64,000 nucleotides of DNA, from the NCBI GenBank assembly GCA_947500055.1, contig CANMQO010000002.1:564181-628180 (forward strand), written 5' to 3'. This document shows positions 28,005 through 37,155 of the stretch, in pieces; the first letter of the stretch is position 1, and every line of letters starts with the position of its first letter. The translations under genes and the position numbers were made by a program. The stretch comes from an uncultured Rhodobacteraceae bacterium (GTDB lineage Bacteria; Pseudomonadota; Alphaproteobacteria; Rhodobacterales; Rhodobacteraceae). The notes under the pieces are model-generated. The model had not been told where the DNA came from, made no database searches, and saw only the letters and a program-made list of their open reading frames with translations.

Positions 28005-29941
28005 AAAAGGCCTTTCGCGACGCCTATAACAAGGAACTGGCGCTGCTTTACGAACGCTCGCGCGAGTTTGCCACAGATTACCCTGGAATCGCGGACCGCC
28101 TGGGCGGTCTGATAAAGGAAAACCTCGATCCGGCCGTCGCCGGCTTGCTGGAAGGCACGGCCTTTATGGCCGCCCGCGTCCAGCTGAAAATGGAAGAAGA
28201 GTTTCGCACCTTCTCATCCGAGTTGCTGCATCAGATCTTTCCCGATGCCCTGACCCCGACCCCCAGCGTGATGCTGGCGCAGGCCAATCCGCCCTATGAC
28301 AATAAGGACCTTATCGAAGGCCTGCATTTTGCGGGCGGCGATTATCTGGATGCCCGTTTTGTTGATTCTGATCAGCGCGTATCCTGCCGGTTCTCGCTTT
28401 GCGGCCCGCTATCCGTATGGCCACTGAAAGTGTCCAAAGCCGTCTATCACGCCAGTCCGGCCCCGTTTCTGGCCGCTGGCGAAACCGAGGTGGCCCCCGG
28501 TACCAAAGGTGGTTTGCAACTGACAATCCAGCGGCCCCTATCAGCCAACAGTGAAAAAGGTGGTGGCCCGCTTGCGGAAGTGGCGGTTGACAGCTTGCCT
28601 GTTTATCTGGTCGCCGACTTGCCCGACGCTGTCGCCCTGTACGAACAGATTTTCTGCGACCTCAAACGTGCTTCCTTGCGATATCTGGACAAGAATGGCG
28701 ACCCGGTTTTCATCCGCCTTAACCCTGCCAGTATCGAACAGGTTGGCTTTGACGAGGGGTCCAACCTGTTTCCCCATGATGGCCGCTTGTTCAACGGGTT
28801 TGCTGGTTTGCGTGAGTTCTTCGTCTTTCCGCGCAAGTTGCTGGGTTTCCGCCTGACGGGCCTGCAACAGCATTTGCCACGCATTACCGGTTCGGAAGTC
28901 CAGCTGATGCTGGAATTCGGCAGAGCCAACAAGAACCTGGCCGCCCGCATCAGTGAAACAGCGTTTGCCCTGAACTGCGCCCCCGCCGTCAACTTGTTTG
29001 AGGAAAGCGCAAGCCAGATCCGCCTTGATGACAAGCGCACCGAATTTGTGGTGACCCCAGACAGCAGTCCGCTGACCCATTACGAGATCTACAACATCGT
29101 TTCCGTGCACGCCCACTACCCCGGTGTGCAGGACAAGGTGCGGGTCAATCCGCTTTATGCTGTGCCCAAAGGCGGCGCAAAGCCGCGTCAGGCGCTTTAT
29201 TATACCAGTCGCCAGAAACCCCGCCGCCCTACCGAAAAGGAGCGCCGCTTTGGTGCGCGCCAACGCTATGTCGGGACGGAGACATTCATTTCGATCTATG
29301 AACCCCCCGAACAGGACGGCGAGGCCCGTGCCCAGCGTTTGCAGGTCCGCACCCGCTGCTCGAACCGCCATCTGCCGGAATACCTGCCAATCGCGGAAAG
29401 CCGCGATGATTTCCATATGTGTGATGATGTCAGCGTCAGCCTTGGCTGTGTTGCAGGCCCCACACCGCCCCGCGCGCCGATGAATGAACTTGAGGCGAAA
29501 TCGCCCCATCGCAGCACAGCGGGCGATAACTACTGGCGGTTGATCAGTTATCTGTCGCTAAGCCATTTCAGTCTTGAGGGCGACAATAATGGAGACAGTG
29601 CCGCAGACGCGCTGCGCGAGTTGCTGTCCCTTTTCGCCGACCTGTCCGATGTGGTGACAGAGGCGCAGCTGCAAGGAATCAAATCGGTCACAACCCGTCC
29701 TATTGTCCGATCAGTGCAGCGCGGTGATGGTTATCACCCCGCCCGCGGGCTGGAGGTGCAGATCCTGCTGGATGAGGCCGCGTTTGAAGGGTCTGGGATC
29801 ATCCTGCTGGGGTCGGCATTGGATCGGTTTCTCGCGGAATACGCTGCCGTCAACAGCTTTACCCAGACGGTGATCCTGTCTACTGACAGGGGTGAGGTGG
29901 CCAAGTTCCCACCCCGCACCGGCACCGGACCGCTGCTATGA
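28001..29941 (+). CDS. tssF: T6SS baseplate protein TssF
   Basis: 646 aa. FRDAYNKELALLYERSREFATDYPGIADRLGG is the TssF/ImpG N-terminal signature. Confidence 0.95.
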   Translation: MKKAFRDAYNKELALLYERSREFATDYPGIADRLGGLIKENLDPAVAGLLEGTAFMAARVQLKMEEEFRTFSSELLHQIFPDALTPTPSVMLAQANPPYDNKDLIEGLHFAGGDYLDARFVDSDQRVSCRFSLCGPLSVWPLKVSKAVYHASPAPFLAAGETEVAPGTKGGLQLTIQRPLSANSEKGGGPLAEVAVDSLPVYLVADLPDAVALYEQIFCDLKRASLRYLDKNGDPVFIRLNPASIEQVGFDEGSNLFPHDGRLFNGFAGLREFFVFPRKLLGFRLTGLQQHLPRITGSEVQLMLEFGRANKNLAARISETAFALNCAPAVNLFEESASQIRLDDKRTEFVVTPDSSPLTHYEIYNIVSVHAHYPGVQDKVRVNPLYAVPKGGAKPRQALYYTSRQKPRRPTEKERRFGARQRYVGTETFISIYEPPEQDGEARAQRLQVRTRCSNRHLPEYLPIAESRDDFHMCDDVSVSLGCVAGPTPPRAPMNELEAKSPHRSTAGDNYWRLISYLSLSHFSLEGDNNGDSAADALRELLSLFADLSDVVTEAQLQGIKSVTTRPIVRSVQRGDGYHPARGLEVQILLDEAAFEGSGIILLGSALDRFLAEYAAVNSFTQTVILSTDRGEVAKFPPRTGTGPLL

Positions 29942-30915
29942 CAGGGCAGGAACAACGCCCGGTTGGCTATCTGGCCTTGCTTCGCAAACTGGAACGCGAC
30001 GCAGATGGCAAGCCACGCATTGGCCGAAACACGACGATGGCCGAAGAGGTGGCGACGATTGGGCAGGACCCATTCCTGGCCTTTCCCGGCAGCGATATGT
30101 CCGATATCCGCCGTGACAAGGCGGGCCGCCCTGATCTGCGCAACCAGATCATTGGCTTTTTCGGCCCGCATGGTGCCCTGCCCCTGAACACCACCGAGGA
30201 AGTCCTGCGCTGGGCCAAAAGCGGTGATCTGGCCTTTGTCCGCTTCACCGACCTTTTCGCGACCCGTTTCCAACAGCTGTTCTTTCGGGCCTGGTCGGAT
30301 GCGCGGGCGATTGCCCAATTTGACCATGCCGATGATGACCGGTTTGCCCATTATGTCGCCGCCCTGATCGGGATTGCGACCCCAGCATGGGCAGAACGTG
30401 GTGAGATACCTGATGCAAACAGGCTCTCCATGGCGTCATTGGGGATTGGACGGATCAAAAGCCCGGTAAAGCTGCAACAGATGCTGCGTTATGATTTGGG
30501 GGCGGCCATCAGCATTGATGAACATGTGCCAACATGGATCGAATTCGAGGCAGACAGCCTGAGCCAGCTTGGCCAGCAGGGTAGCACGCTGGGTCGCGAT
30601 TGTTTCCTGGGATCGCGGGCACAAACCATCAATGAAAAGATCACGATCCGGGTGCTTGCCCACACCCTGGCCGAATATCGCGATTTTCTACCGGGCGGTG
30701 CCGCGCATACCCGTATGCTGGATATCGTCAACGGCTATCTTGGCCGTAGTTTCGAAGTTGCGGTCGCGCTTTCGCTGCCCGCTGACGCCTTTACCCCTGC
30801 CGTTGTCGGTAAATCGGCGGAGTTGGGCTGGATGGCCACGCTGGCGCCCGAACCACCCCCCCCACCGGGCACATTTCTGCCCGGGGCCACCTACACATTA
30901 AGCGCCGCCGCCTAG
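29938..30915 (+). CDS. tssG: T6SS baseplate protein TssG
   Basis: 325 aa. Overlaps tssF by 4 nt. ImpH/TssG-like (LRKLERDA...PRIGRN..., GFFGPHGALP). Confidence 0.9.
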   Translation: MTGQEQRPVGYLALLRKLERDADGKPRIGRNTTMAEEVATIGQDPFLAFPGSDMSDIRRDKAGRPDLRNQIIGFFGPHGALPLNTTEEVLRWAKSGDLAFVRFTDLFATRFQQLFFRAWSDARAIAQFDHADDDRFAHYVAALIGIATPAWAERGEIPDANRLSMASLGIGRIKSPVKLQQMLRYDLGAAISIDEHVPTWIEFEADSLSQLGQQGSTLGRDCFLGSRAQTINEKITIRVLAHTLAEYRDFLPGGAAHTRMLDIVNGYLGRSFEVAVALSLPADAFTPAVVGKSAELGWMATLAPEPPPPPGTFLPGATYTLSAAA

Positions 30916-30943
30916 GCGGATTTCATTTCAAGAGGGCTATGCC

Positions 30944-33670
30944 ATGGCTGAGATCAATATCGAGAAATATGCAGGCAAGATGAACCGCCTTGGCTATGAC
31001 GCCTTTCTGAAGGCGATGCGTCAGGCCCGGTCCGAGAAGAACCGCAATGTCGGCACACCCCAATTCCTGTTTCATCTGGTGTCGGATCAGAATTCCGACA
31101 TCTCTTGCACATTGCGTGAATTGGGTCTGGACCGCGGTCGTGTCCTGAAAGACTTGATCGCTGCCATCGACAAGCTGGATAAGAATGTCACCGAAACCCC
31201 CGGCATTTCCGAAGGCCTCTCCGATACGCTGAACCACGCCTGGACCTATGCCACCTTGTTCTTCTCCGAGGTGCAGATCAGGTCTGGCCATGTTCTGCTG
31301 GCGATGTTGAACGACAAGAACCTGCATCGCGAAATGACCCGCGCCAGCGCGATTTTCAACGATGTTTCCGTTGATCAGCTGGGCAAGGAATCCCGTTCGC
31401 TGTGGAAAGACAGCGATGAGGAAGAGATGCGCCCGATGGATGGGTCCGGTTTGCAGGCTGGCGATGCCGCAAACGGTGCCCCTGCCTCAAGCGGGTCCAC
31501 CGCGCTGGCCCGGTTCAGCGTCGATATGACCGCCGATGCCGAGGGCGGCAAGATGGACCGCGTCGTGGGTCGCGATGATGAAATTCGCCAGATCATCGAC
31601 ATTCTGCTGCGCCGCCGCCAGAACAACCCGATCCTGACCGGTGAGGCGGGCGTGGGCAAAACCGCCGTGGTCGAAGGATTTGCGCAGCGGTTGGCCGATA
31701 GCGAGGTGCCGCCGAAATTGCAGGGCACCCGCCTGCATATGCTGGATATTCAGGCCATGCAGGCCGGTGCGTCGATGAAGGGCGAGTTCGAACAGCGCCT
31801 GAAGTCGCTGATTGACGAGGTCCAGGCATCGCCCACCCCGATCATCCTGTTCATTGATGAGGCACATACCCTGATCGGTGCAGGCGGTGCGCAGGGTACC
31901 GGCGATGCCGCGAACCTGCTGAAACCCGCCCTTGCACGGGGGACATTGCGCACGATCGGCGCCACCACCTTTGCCGAATATCGCAACTATTTCGAGAAAG
32001 ATCCGGCCCTGACCCGCCGTTTCCAGCCGGTGAATGTGGACGAGCCTGATAATGATCGCTGCGCCTATATGCTGCGCGGGATCCTTGGCCCGATGGAGGC
32101 GCATCACAATGTCCGTATCTCGGACGAGGCGATTGTGGCAGCGGTGAACCTGTCGGCCCGCTATATCCCCGCGCGGCAATTACCTGACAAGGCCGTGTCG
32201 TTGCTGGATACCGCCTGCGCGCGGGTGGCGGTGTCGCAGGCCAGCGTGCCCGCCCGGATCGGTGATTTGCAGGCGGCGATTGCGGCGTTGGAGACGGAAA
32301 TTGCGAGCAAAACCGCCCAGCGTGATTTGGGTGAAGAGAATGAAGAACGGTTGGCTGAAGCCGAGGAAGACTTGAAAGAGCGGCGTGAAGAGCTGGCCAG
32401 TTTCGAGGTCAAGTTCGAGGCCGAAAAGAAGGTTGTCGATGACATCCTTGCCTTGCGTCACGAGTTGGCCAAGGCGGAAACCGGCGTTGATGATGCGGCG
32501 GAACCCGGTGATGTAGGCGATGCCCGGACCGAGGAAGAGATTAAGGAAGCCGAGGCCGAAGAGACCGACCCGCCCCGCGACCCCGACACGATCCGCGGCG
32601 AAATGCTGGCATTGATGGCGACGCTGGATGCGACCGATGCCGATGACCGGATGGTTTATGCCCATGTGGACGAACAGGCGGTCGCCTCCGTTATCTCCGA
32701 TTGGACAGGCATTCCAGCGGGGCGAATGGTTGTGGACGAGTTGGAGCAGATCCTGAATCTGTCGGATCACCTGTCCGAACGGGTCATCGGGCAGGATCAC
32801 GGGCTGAAAATGATCGCCAAGCGGATCGAAACCAGCCGGGCAGGGCTGTCAAACCCCAACAAACCGATTGGGGTGTTCATGCTCTGTGGGCCGTCCGGTG
32901 TCGGGAAAACCGAAACCGCGCTGGCACTGGCTGAAAGCCTTTATGGCGGCGAACAAAACATCATCACGATCAACATGTCCGAATTCCAAGAGGCGCATTC
33001 CGTATCGCTGCTGAAAGGGGCGCCTCCGGGCTATGTTGGCTATGGCGAAGGCGGGCGTCTGACCGAAGCCGTGCGGCGCAAGCCATATTCCGTCGTGCTG
33101 CTGGACGAGGTGGAAAAGGCGCATCCGGACATTCACGAGCTTTTCTTTCAGGTCTTTGACAAGGGGATCATGGAAGATGGCAACGGGCGGCCCATCAATT
33201 TCAAGAACTGCCTGATCCTGCTCACCTCAAACGTGGGCACGGACGTGATCATGGAGATGGGCGAAGGGGGTGAGGTCATCCCGGATATGGATGAGCTCAA
33301 CACCGCAATGAAACCGTTTCTGCTGGAGTTCTTCCCACCCGCGCTGATGGGGCGGATCGTGACGATCCCGTACTTCCCATTGGGCAAAGAGGTGCTGGGC
33401 GGCATTACCAAACTGAAGCTGGGGTCGGTCGCCAAGCGGCTGCGGGACTCACATGGCGCCAAGATGGTCTATGGCGATGACGTGCTGGATCATATCGTAG
33501 AGCAATGCCGCGACCCCGATAGTGGGGGACGGATGATCGACAACATCATCACCAATTCCATCCTGCCCGACCTGTCGCGGCAAGTGCTGAGCCGGATGGT
33601 GTCAGGTGAGGAAATGAAAGAGGTCAGTATCGTGATGAAAGACGGCGCAATCACCTATGATTTCGCATGA
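30944..33670 (+). CDS. clpV: T6SS AAA+ ATPase ClpV (TssH)
   Basis: 908 aa. Clp N-domain, two Walker A motifs ([13 protein letters not shown]; [11 protein letters not shown]) and a coiled-coil middle domain. Confidence 0.95.
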   Translation: MAEINIEKYAGKMNRLGYDAFLKAMRQARSEKNRNVGTPQFLFHLVSDQNSDISCTLRELGLDRGRVLKDLIAAIDKLDKNVTETPGISEGLSDTLNHAWTYATLFFSEVQIRSGHVLLAMLNDKNLHREMTRASAIFNDVSVDQLGKESRSLWKDSDEEEMRPMDGSGLQAGDAANGAPASSGSTALARFSVDMTADAEGGKMDRVVGRDDEIRQIIDILLRRRQNNPILTGEAGVGKTAVVEGFAQRLADSEVPPKLQGTRLHMLDIQAMQAGASMKGEFEQRLKSLIDEVQASPTPIILFIDEAHTLIGAGGAQGTGDAANLLKPALARGTLRTIGATTFAEYRNYFEKDPALTRRFQPVNVDEPDNDRCAYMLRGILGPMEAHHNVRISDEAIVAAVNLSARYIPARQLPDKAVSLLDTACARVAVSQASVPARIGDLQAAIAALETEIASKTAQRDLGEENEERLAEAEEDLKERREELASFEVKFEAEKKVVDDILALRHELAKAETGVDDAAEPGDVGDARTEEEIKEAEAEETDPPRDPDTIRGEMLALMATLDATDADDRMVYAHVDEQAVASVISDWTGIPAGRMVVDELEQILNLSDHLSERVIGQDHGLKMIAKRIETSRAGLSNPNKPIGVFMLCGPSGVGKTETALALAESLYGGEQNIITINMSEFQEAHSVSLLKGAPPGYVGYGEGGRLTEAVRRKPYSVVLLDEVEKAHPDIHELFFQVFDKGIMEDGNGRPINFKNCLILLTSNVGTDVIMEMGEGGEVIPDMDELNTAMKPFLLEFFPPALMGRIVTIPYFPLGKEVLGGITKLKLGSVAKRLRDSHGAKMVYGDDVLDHIVEQCRDPDSGGRMIDNIITNSILPDLSRQVLSRMVSGEEMKEVSIVMKDGAITYDFA

Positions 33671-33683
33671 CAGAAGCCACAAC

Positions 33684-33709
33684 GTAAGATGGGTTTAAAC
33701 CCATCTTAC
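33684..33709. terminator. bidirectional hairpin between convergent clpV and lysR (GTAAGATGGGT-TTAA-ACCCATCTTAC)
   Basis: Perfect 11-bp stem with a 4-nt loop, 14 nt after the clpV stop. It overlaps the LysR stop codon. There is no clear U-tract. Confidence 0.4.
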
Positions 33710-34578
33710 CCGCTCTGCGCCAGTAGCCAGTTCTTGAAGATCTCCGCCCGTGCCGACAGATCACCGGGTCTGTGCACGATGTAATAACCCAACCCTTCGC
33801 GCTGATCGCGCATCACGGCGACAAGTTTTCCGCTTGCGATGTCATCCGCCACCAGTGCCGAGGATACAACCGATACCCCGCCGCCTGCGCGCACTGCGGA
33901 TAGTAACATGCTAAGCGTTGCGACCTCGTTCATCTGACAGCAATCCATGTCCATCCCAAGCGCGGTCACCCATCTACGGGTCTCTCTGTGCACCGCCTCG
34001 AAAATCCATGGCAGGTCCTGCACATCCGCGATGCTTTCGGCGATCCGCCCTTTCAGAAGTGATGGTGCCGCCACGATGGTGAAATCGGCGGCGACAAGCT
34101 GCGTGGCTTCGACGCCCGCCCAGTCCCCATTGCCATACCTGATCGCCATGTCAAAACCGTCGCGTCGCAGATCGACCAGATCCATACTGGGTGAGATCGA
34201 GATTTGTTCACCCGGATAAGCCGCCCAGAAACCTGCCAGCCGTGGCATCAACCAGTTTTCGGCAAAGCTTGGTGTCACGCTGATGGTAATCGGTCGGTTG
34301 GCGGCGTCCGCGGCCACCTGGCGCACCCCTTCGGTGATCATCCCAAACCCATCGCTGAGCGCTGCTGCCAGTTGCCGCCCCGCATCTGTCAGCGCCATGC
34401 CCCGTCCAGCGCGGACCAGAAGGGATGTGTTCAATTCCGCCTCGATCCCGCGCACATGCTGGGCGACGGCCGCGTGTGTGACGTTCAACTCGCGCGCTGC
34501 CTTGCTGAAATTGCCGTGCCGCGCTGCGGCTTCAAATGCACGTAGTGCTGCAAGGGAGGGGATATCACGCCAGTCCAT
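33706..34578 (-). CDS. LysR family transcriptional regulator
   Basis: ORF 33706..34590 (TTG). ATG at 34578 gives MDWRDIPSLAALRAFEAAARHGNFSKAARELNVTHAAVAQHV (LTTR HTH) plus a substrate-binding domain. Confidence 0.9.
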   Translation of the reverse strand: MDWRDIPSLAALRAFEAAARHGNFSKAARELNVTHAAVAQHVRGIEAELNTSLLVRAGRGMALTDAGRQLAAALSDGFGMITEGVRQVAADAANRPITISVTPSFAENWLMPRLAGFWAAYPGEQISISPSMDLVDLRRDGFDMAIRYGNGDWAGVEATQLVAADFTIVAAPSLLKGRIAESIADVQDLPWIFEAVHRETRRWVTALGMDMDCCQMNEVATLSMLLSAVRAGGGVSVVSSALVADDIASGKLVAVMRDQREGLGYYIVHRPGDLSARAEIFKNWLLAQSG

Positions 34579-34631
34579 ATGTAAGTTCAACTAATATATT
34601 GAAAATCATACGAAGTCGCTTCTTCTGAAAA

Positions 34632-34652
34632 ATATGCCTATCTCTCTCATAT
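34632..34652. promoter_or_regulatory. LTTR-box-like dyad ATATG-N11-CATAT
   Basis: Lies in the 95-nt divergent region between lysR and the 54-aa ORF. It fits the generic T-N11-A LysR motif. Confidence 0.3.
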
Positions 34653-34673
34653 CAAATTCAGAAAGGAAAAGCC

Positions 34674-34838
34674 ATGCTTACAATATTAGCTGATGTGCTG
34701 AAAACAGCCACTCGTCGTAATGATTGGGATGCCCCGGATCATTGGAGCGGTCACCCGGCCCGCAAAACACGTGCACAGTTGGAGCGTGAGGCAGAGCTGC
34801 GCCGTCAGCGTCTTTACCGCGACGCATGGATGTGGTGA
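34674..34838 (+). CDS. hypothetical small protein (54 aa), below the ORF-track cutoff
   Basis: Hand-translated: MLTILADVLKTATRRNDWDAPDHWSGHPARKTRAQLEREAELRRQRLYRDAWMW. AGGAAA lies 6-8 nt upstream of the ATG. It is divergent from lysR and fills the gap up to the stop of the convergent M23 gene. Confidence 0.35.
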   Translation: MLTILADVLKTATRRNDWDAPDHWSGHPARKTRAQLEREAELRRQRLYRDAWMW

Positions 34839-37142
34839 TCAGCCATTATCGGCCAGCAACCTGTCAATTGCGGCGATATAGGCCCGAACCTCTGCTGACA
34901 TGGCGGGCGGTGGCGGGGCGCTGACCCCGCCGCCTGCACCGCGCATCTTGCGCTGCGCCCATGCTTTGAGATCGGCAATCGTGTAGTTTCGCAGAAATGG
35001 GTTGGCGCCGACGACGCCAGCCCCCATCACCGCCAGAACCGTCTGATCATCGTCAGAGGACAGCACACGATGCGCCCCGGCCGGCCCCAGGAAATGCGAC
35101 AGGTATAGCCGCCCGGCATCAACCCTGTGCCCACGTGCGCGCAGGAAGTTTTCGTTTTCGCGGGCCAGATTCTGTACCATCTCGCGCGATAGGGTTGGAT
35201 CAACCCGAAGCGCCAACAGCTCTGCCCGCGACATGGTGCCAGCCAGATCAGGCCGATAATCCCGCATCATGCGCAGCCATGTGCTTTCGATGAATTGGCC
35301 CAGCCCGGTCGCGGTGGATAGCGGGTTCTTGGCGTTGGCGTTACCCGCACTTTCAACCTTGATGATCTGATCGGTCAGGGCTGCAACCGCGGATGAGGCC
35401 CCGGCCACCCCGCCATTGCCCAGCGAGAAGGGATCAATCGGTGCGCCGTTCTTGCGGAACTCAAAATGCAGATGCGGTCCGGTCGACCGCCCCGTTGTGC
35501 CCACATAGCCAATCACATCGCCCGCCTGCACCTGTTTGCCCACGATAGCAATTGGTGCGAAGCCGTCCATATGCGCATAGCGTGACTGCAGCCCGTCGGC
35601 GTGGTCGATGTAAACGACGTTACCATAGCCGCCACCATTACCCACAACCGCAAAGGTTCCGTCCCGCGCCGCAAGAATAGGTGTCCCGGTGGGTGCTGCC
35701 CAATCAACGCCGCCATGCAGGCGCACCGCTTTCAAGATGGGGTGAAAGCGGGGGCCATAAGGTGATGACAGCGTTCCATTCACCGGTGTGACAAAGGCCG
35801 CCGCACTGCCGGCGCCCAGCAATCCACGTTGATTGTAGCATCCAAAGCCGGACTCGTTTCCGCCCTTGACTGCGACATAGCAGGGCATGTTCCCCGACGG
35901 TCCGTTGATCCCCGCATAAGCGATCTGCCCCGGCCCATCGCCGCGACCCGTGACATAGAGCAGGGTTACCTTGTCGCCGGGGGCTGCCACGGCCTCAAGA
36001 TCATAGGATTGCGACAGCATCACGATAAGCTCACCCACCAGATTGGTGGGAACGCCGCTACGAATTGCGGCACTGTAGACAGCATCAAGCAGGCGGTAAT
36101 CCTGCACAACCGTGTCAAAGCCCTGGTCGGGGGCCACCAGCGCGGTGAGGTCGGCATTGATCCATGGATTACTGCCCAAGACATAGCCTGCGAAGCCGCG
36201 CCGCGCGAGTGTGCCGACATATCCGCCCGGTCCATAGATGGCCACCTGCAGCGGAGTCGGGGCGTCATCAATTACCCGGTATCGGACCGCCACGATCGTG
36301 TCGGCGGGCAGCCCATCTTCGCCAATAACTTCCGCAAGATCGGGCAGTTTGTCCCGGGCGGTTTCGTCGATCTGCTTGGCAAGCACCTCTGCAAAACCAT
36401 TGTCGGTCAAGAAGGATTGCAAGGATCCCGCCCTGATCAATCGCACCACCAGATCAGTTGAGACATCATGCCGTTCCCCTTCCCTACGGACAAAGGCGAT
36501 GGAGGTGGTGTTCTGGATTTGGGTATCAACATAGCTGATCGCGGTCGCGTTGCCCTCACCAACTGCGTCGCCCCAACTATTGTCATCATCGGTAACGGTG
36601 ATTGTTTCGCCTTCGCCCAAAGGGACGGCAGGTGTTGGCAGGCTGGGTGTTTGGACCAGTGACTGCCCGCGCTGCGCCTGAAAGAAAGCAAAATCCTCTC
36701 GGCTGGAGGGCAGGGCAGTCATCAGGCGGTTTTCCCGCACAACCAGATCTTCGACCAACAGGGTAAAACGGCCGGGTGCCGGTGCTCCGAACCGCGCGGG
36801 GTCAAGTGTTGCTGGCCCAGCCAACATGCGCTTTCCGTCAGTGCCCCCGTTGTCGAACCGTAGAATCATCGGATCGCCGGGGATGTCGGCAAAAGGGGTC
36901 GCCAGCCGGACGGCGGGTGTGGCGGTTTCTGTTTCGATCTGTGTGATTTGAGTATCGTCTTCCGGATCGGTCACCGGTGTTTGGTTTCCGGTAAGAACCT
37001 GCACAATCAGGAAAATGAGACCAACCAGAGCGGTCATCGCTGCAATCCCGCCACCCACTATCAAACCGGTTCTGATGTGACGCTGTCGTCTGCGTTTCTG
37101 CGCGGCTAACTGCGATTGGCGAAACTGTGGGTCGACGTCCAT
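34839..37142 (-). CDS. membrane-anchored bifunctional peptidoglycan hydrolase: M23 metallopeptidase + SLT-like lytic transglycosylase domain
   Basis: ORF 34839..37262, ATG at 37142 (MDVDPQ...) just after the upstream stop. TM LIVGGGIAAMTALVGLIFLIV. M23 motifs HGGVDW, YAHMD and GPHLHFEF (about nt 35457-35789). C-terminal IIKVESAGNANAKNPLSTATGLGQFIESTW is transglycosylase-like (about nt 34977-35369). Confidence 0.85.
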   Translation of the reverse strand: MDVDPQFRQSQLAAQKRRRQRHIRTGLIVGGGIAAMTALVGLIFLIVQVLTGNQTPVTDPEDDTQITQIETETATPAVRLATPFADIPGDPMILRFDNGGTDGKRMLAGPATLDPARFGAPAPGRFTLLVEDLVVRENRLMTALPSSREDFAFFQAQRGQSLVQTPSLPTPAVPLGEGETITVTDDDNSWGDAVGEGNATAISYVDTQIQNTTSIAFVRREGERHDVSTDLVVRLIRAGSLQSFLTDNGFAEVLAKQIDETARDKLPDLAEVIGEDGLPADTIVAVRYRVIDDAPTPLQVAIYGPGGYVGTLARRGFAGYVLGSNPWINADLTALVAPDQGFDTVVQDYRLLDAVYSAAIRSGVPTNLVGELIVMLSQSYDLEAVAAPGDKVTLLYVTGRGDGPGQIAYAGINGPSGNMPCYVAVKGGNESGFGCYNQRGLLGAGSAAAFVTPVNGTLSSPYGPRFHPILKAVRLHGGVDWAAPTGTPILAARDGTFAVVGNGGGYGNVVYIDHADGLQSRYAHMDGFAPIAIVGKQVQAGDVIGYVGTTGRSTGPHLHFEFRKNGAPIDPFSLGNGGVAGASSAVAALTDQIIKVESAGNANAKNPLSTATGLGQFIESTWLRMMRDYRPDLAGTMSRAELLALRVDPTLSREMVQNLARENENFLRARGHRVDAGRLYLSHFLGPAGAHRVLSSDDDQTVLAVMGAGVVGANPFLRNYTIADLKAWAQRKMRGAGGGVSAPPPPAMSAEVRAYIAAIDRLLADNG

Positions 37143-37155
37143 AATGCCCCGGCGC

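Noticed and set aside
34839-37142. The M23/SLT protein as a secreted T6SS antibacterial effector.
   Set aside because: It has an N-terminal cytoplasmic tail plus a single TM signal anchor, so it is Sec-inserted. There is no adjacent immunity-like gene, and no PAAR, VgrG or MIX-type delivery domain. It is more consistent with a housekeeping or accessory wall hydrolase.
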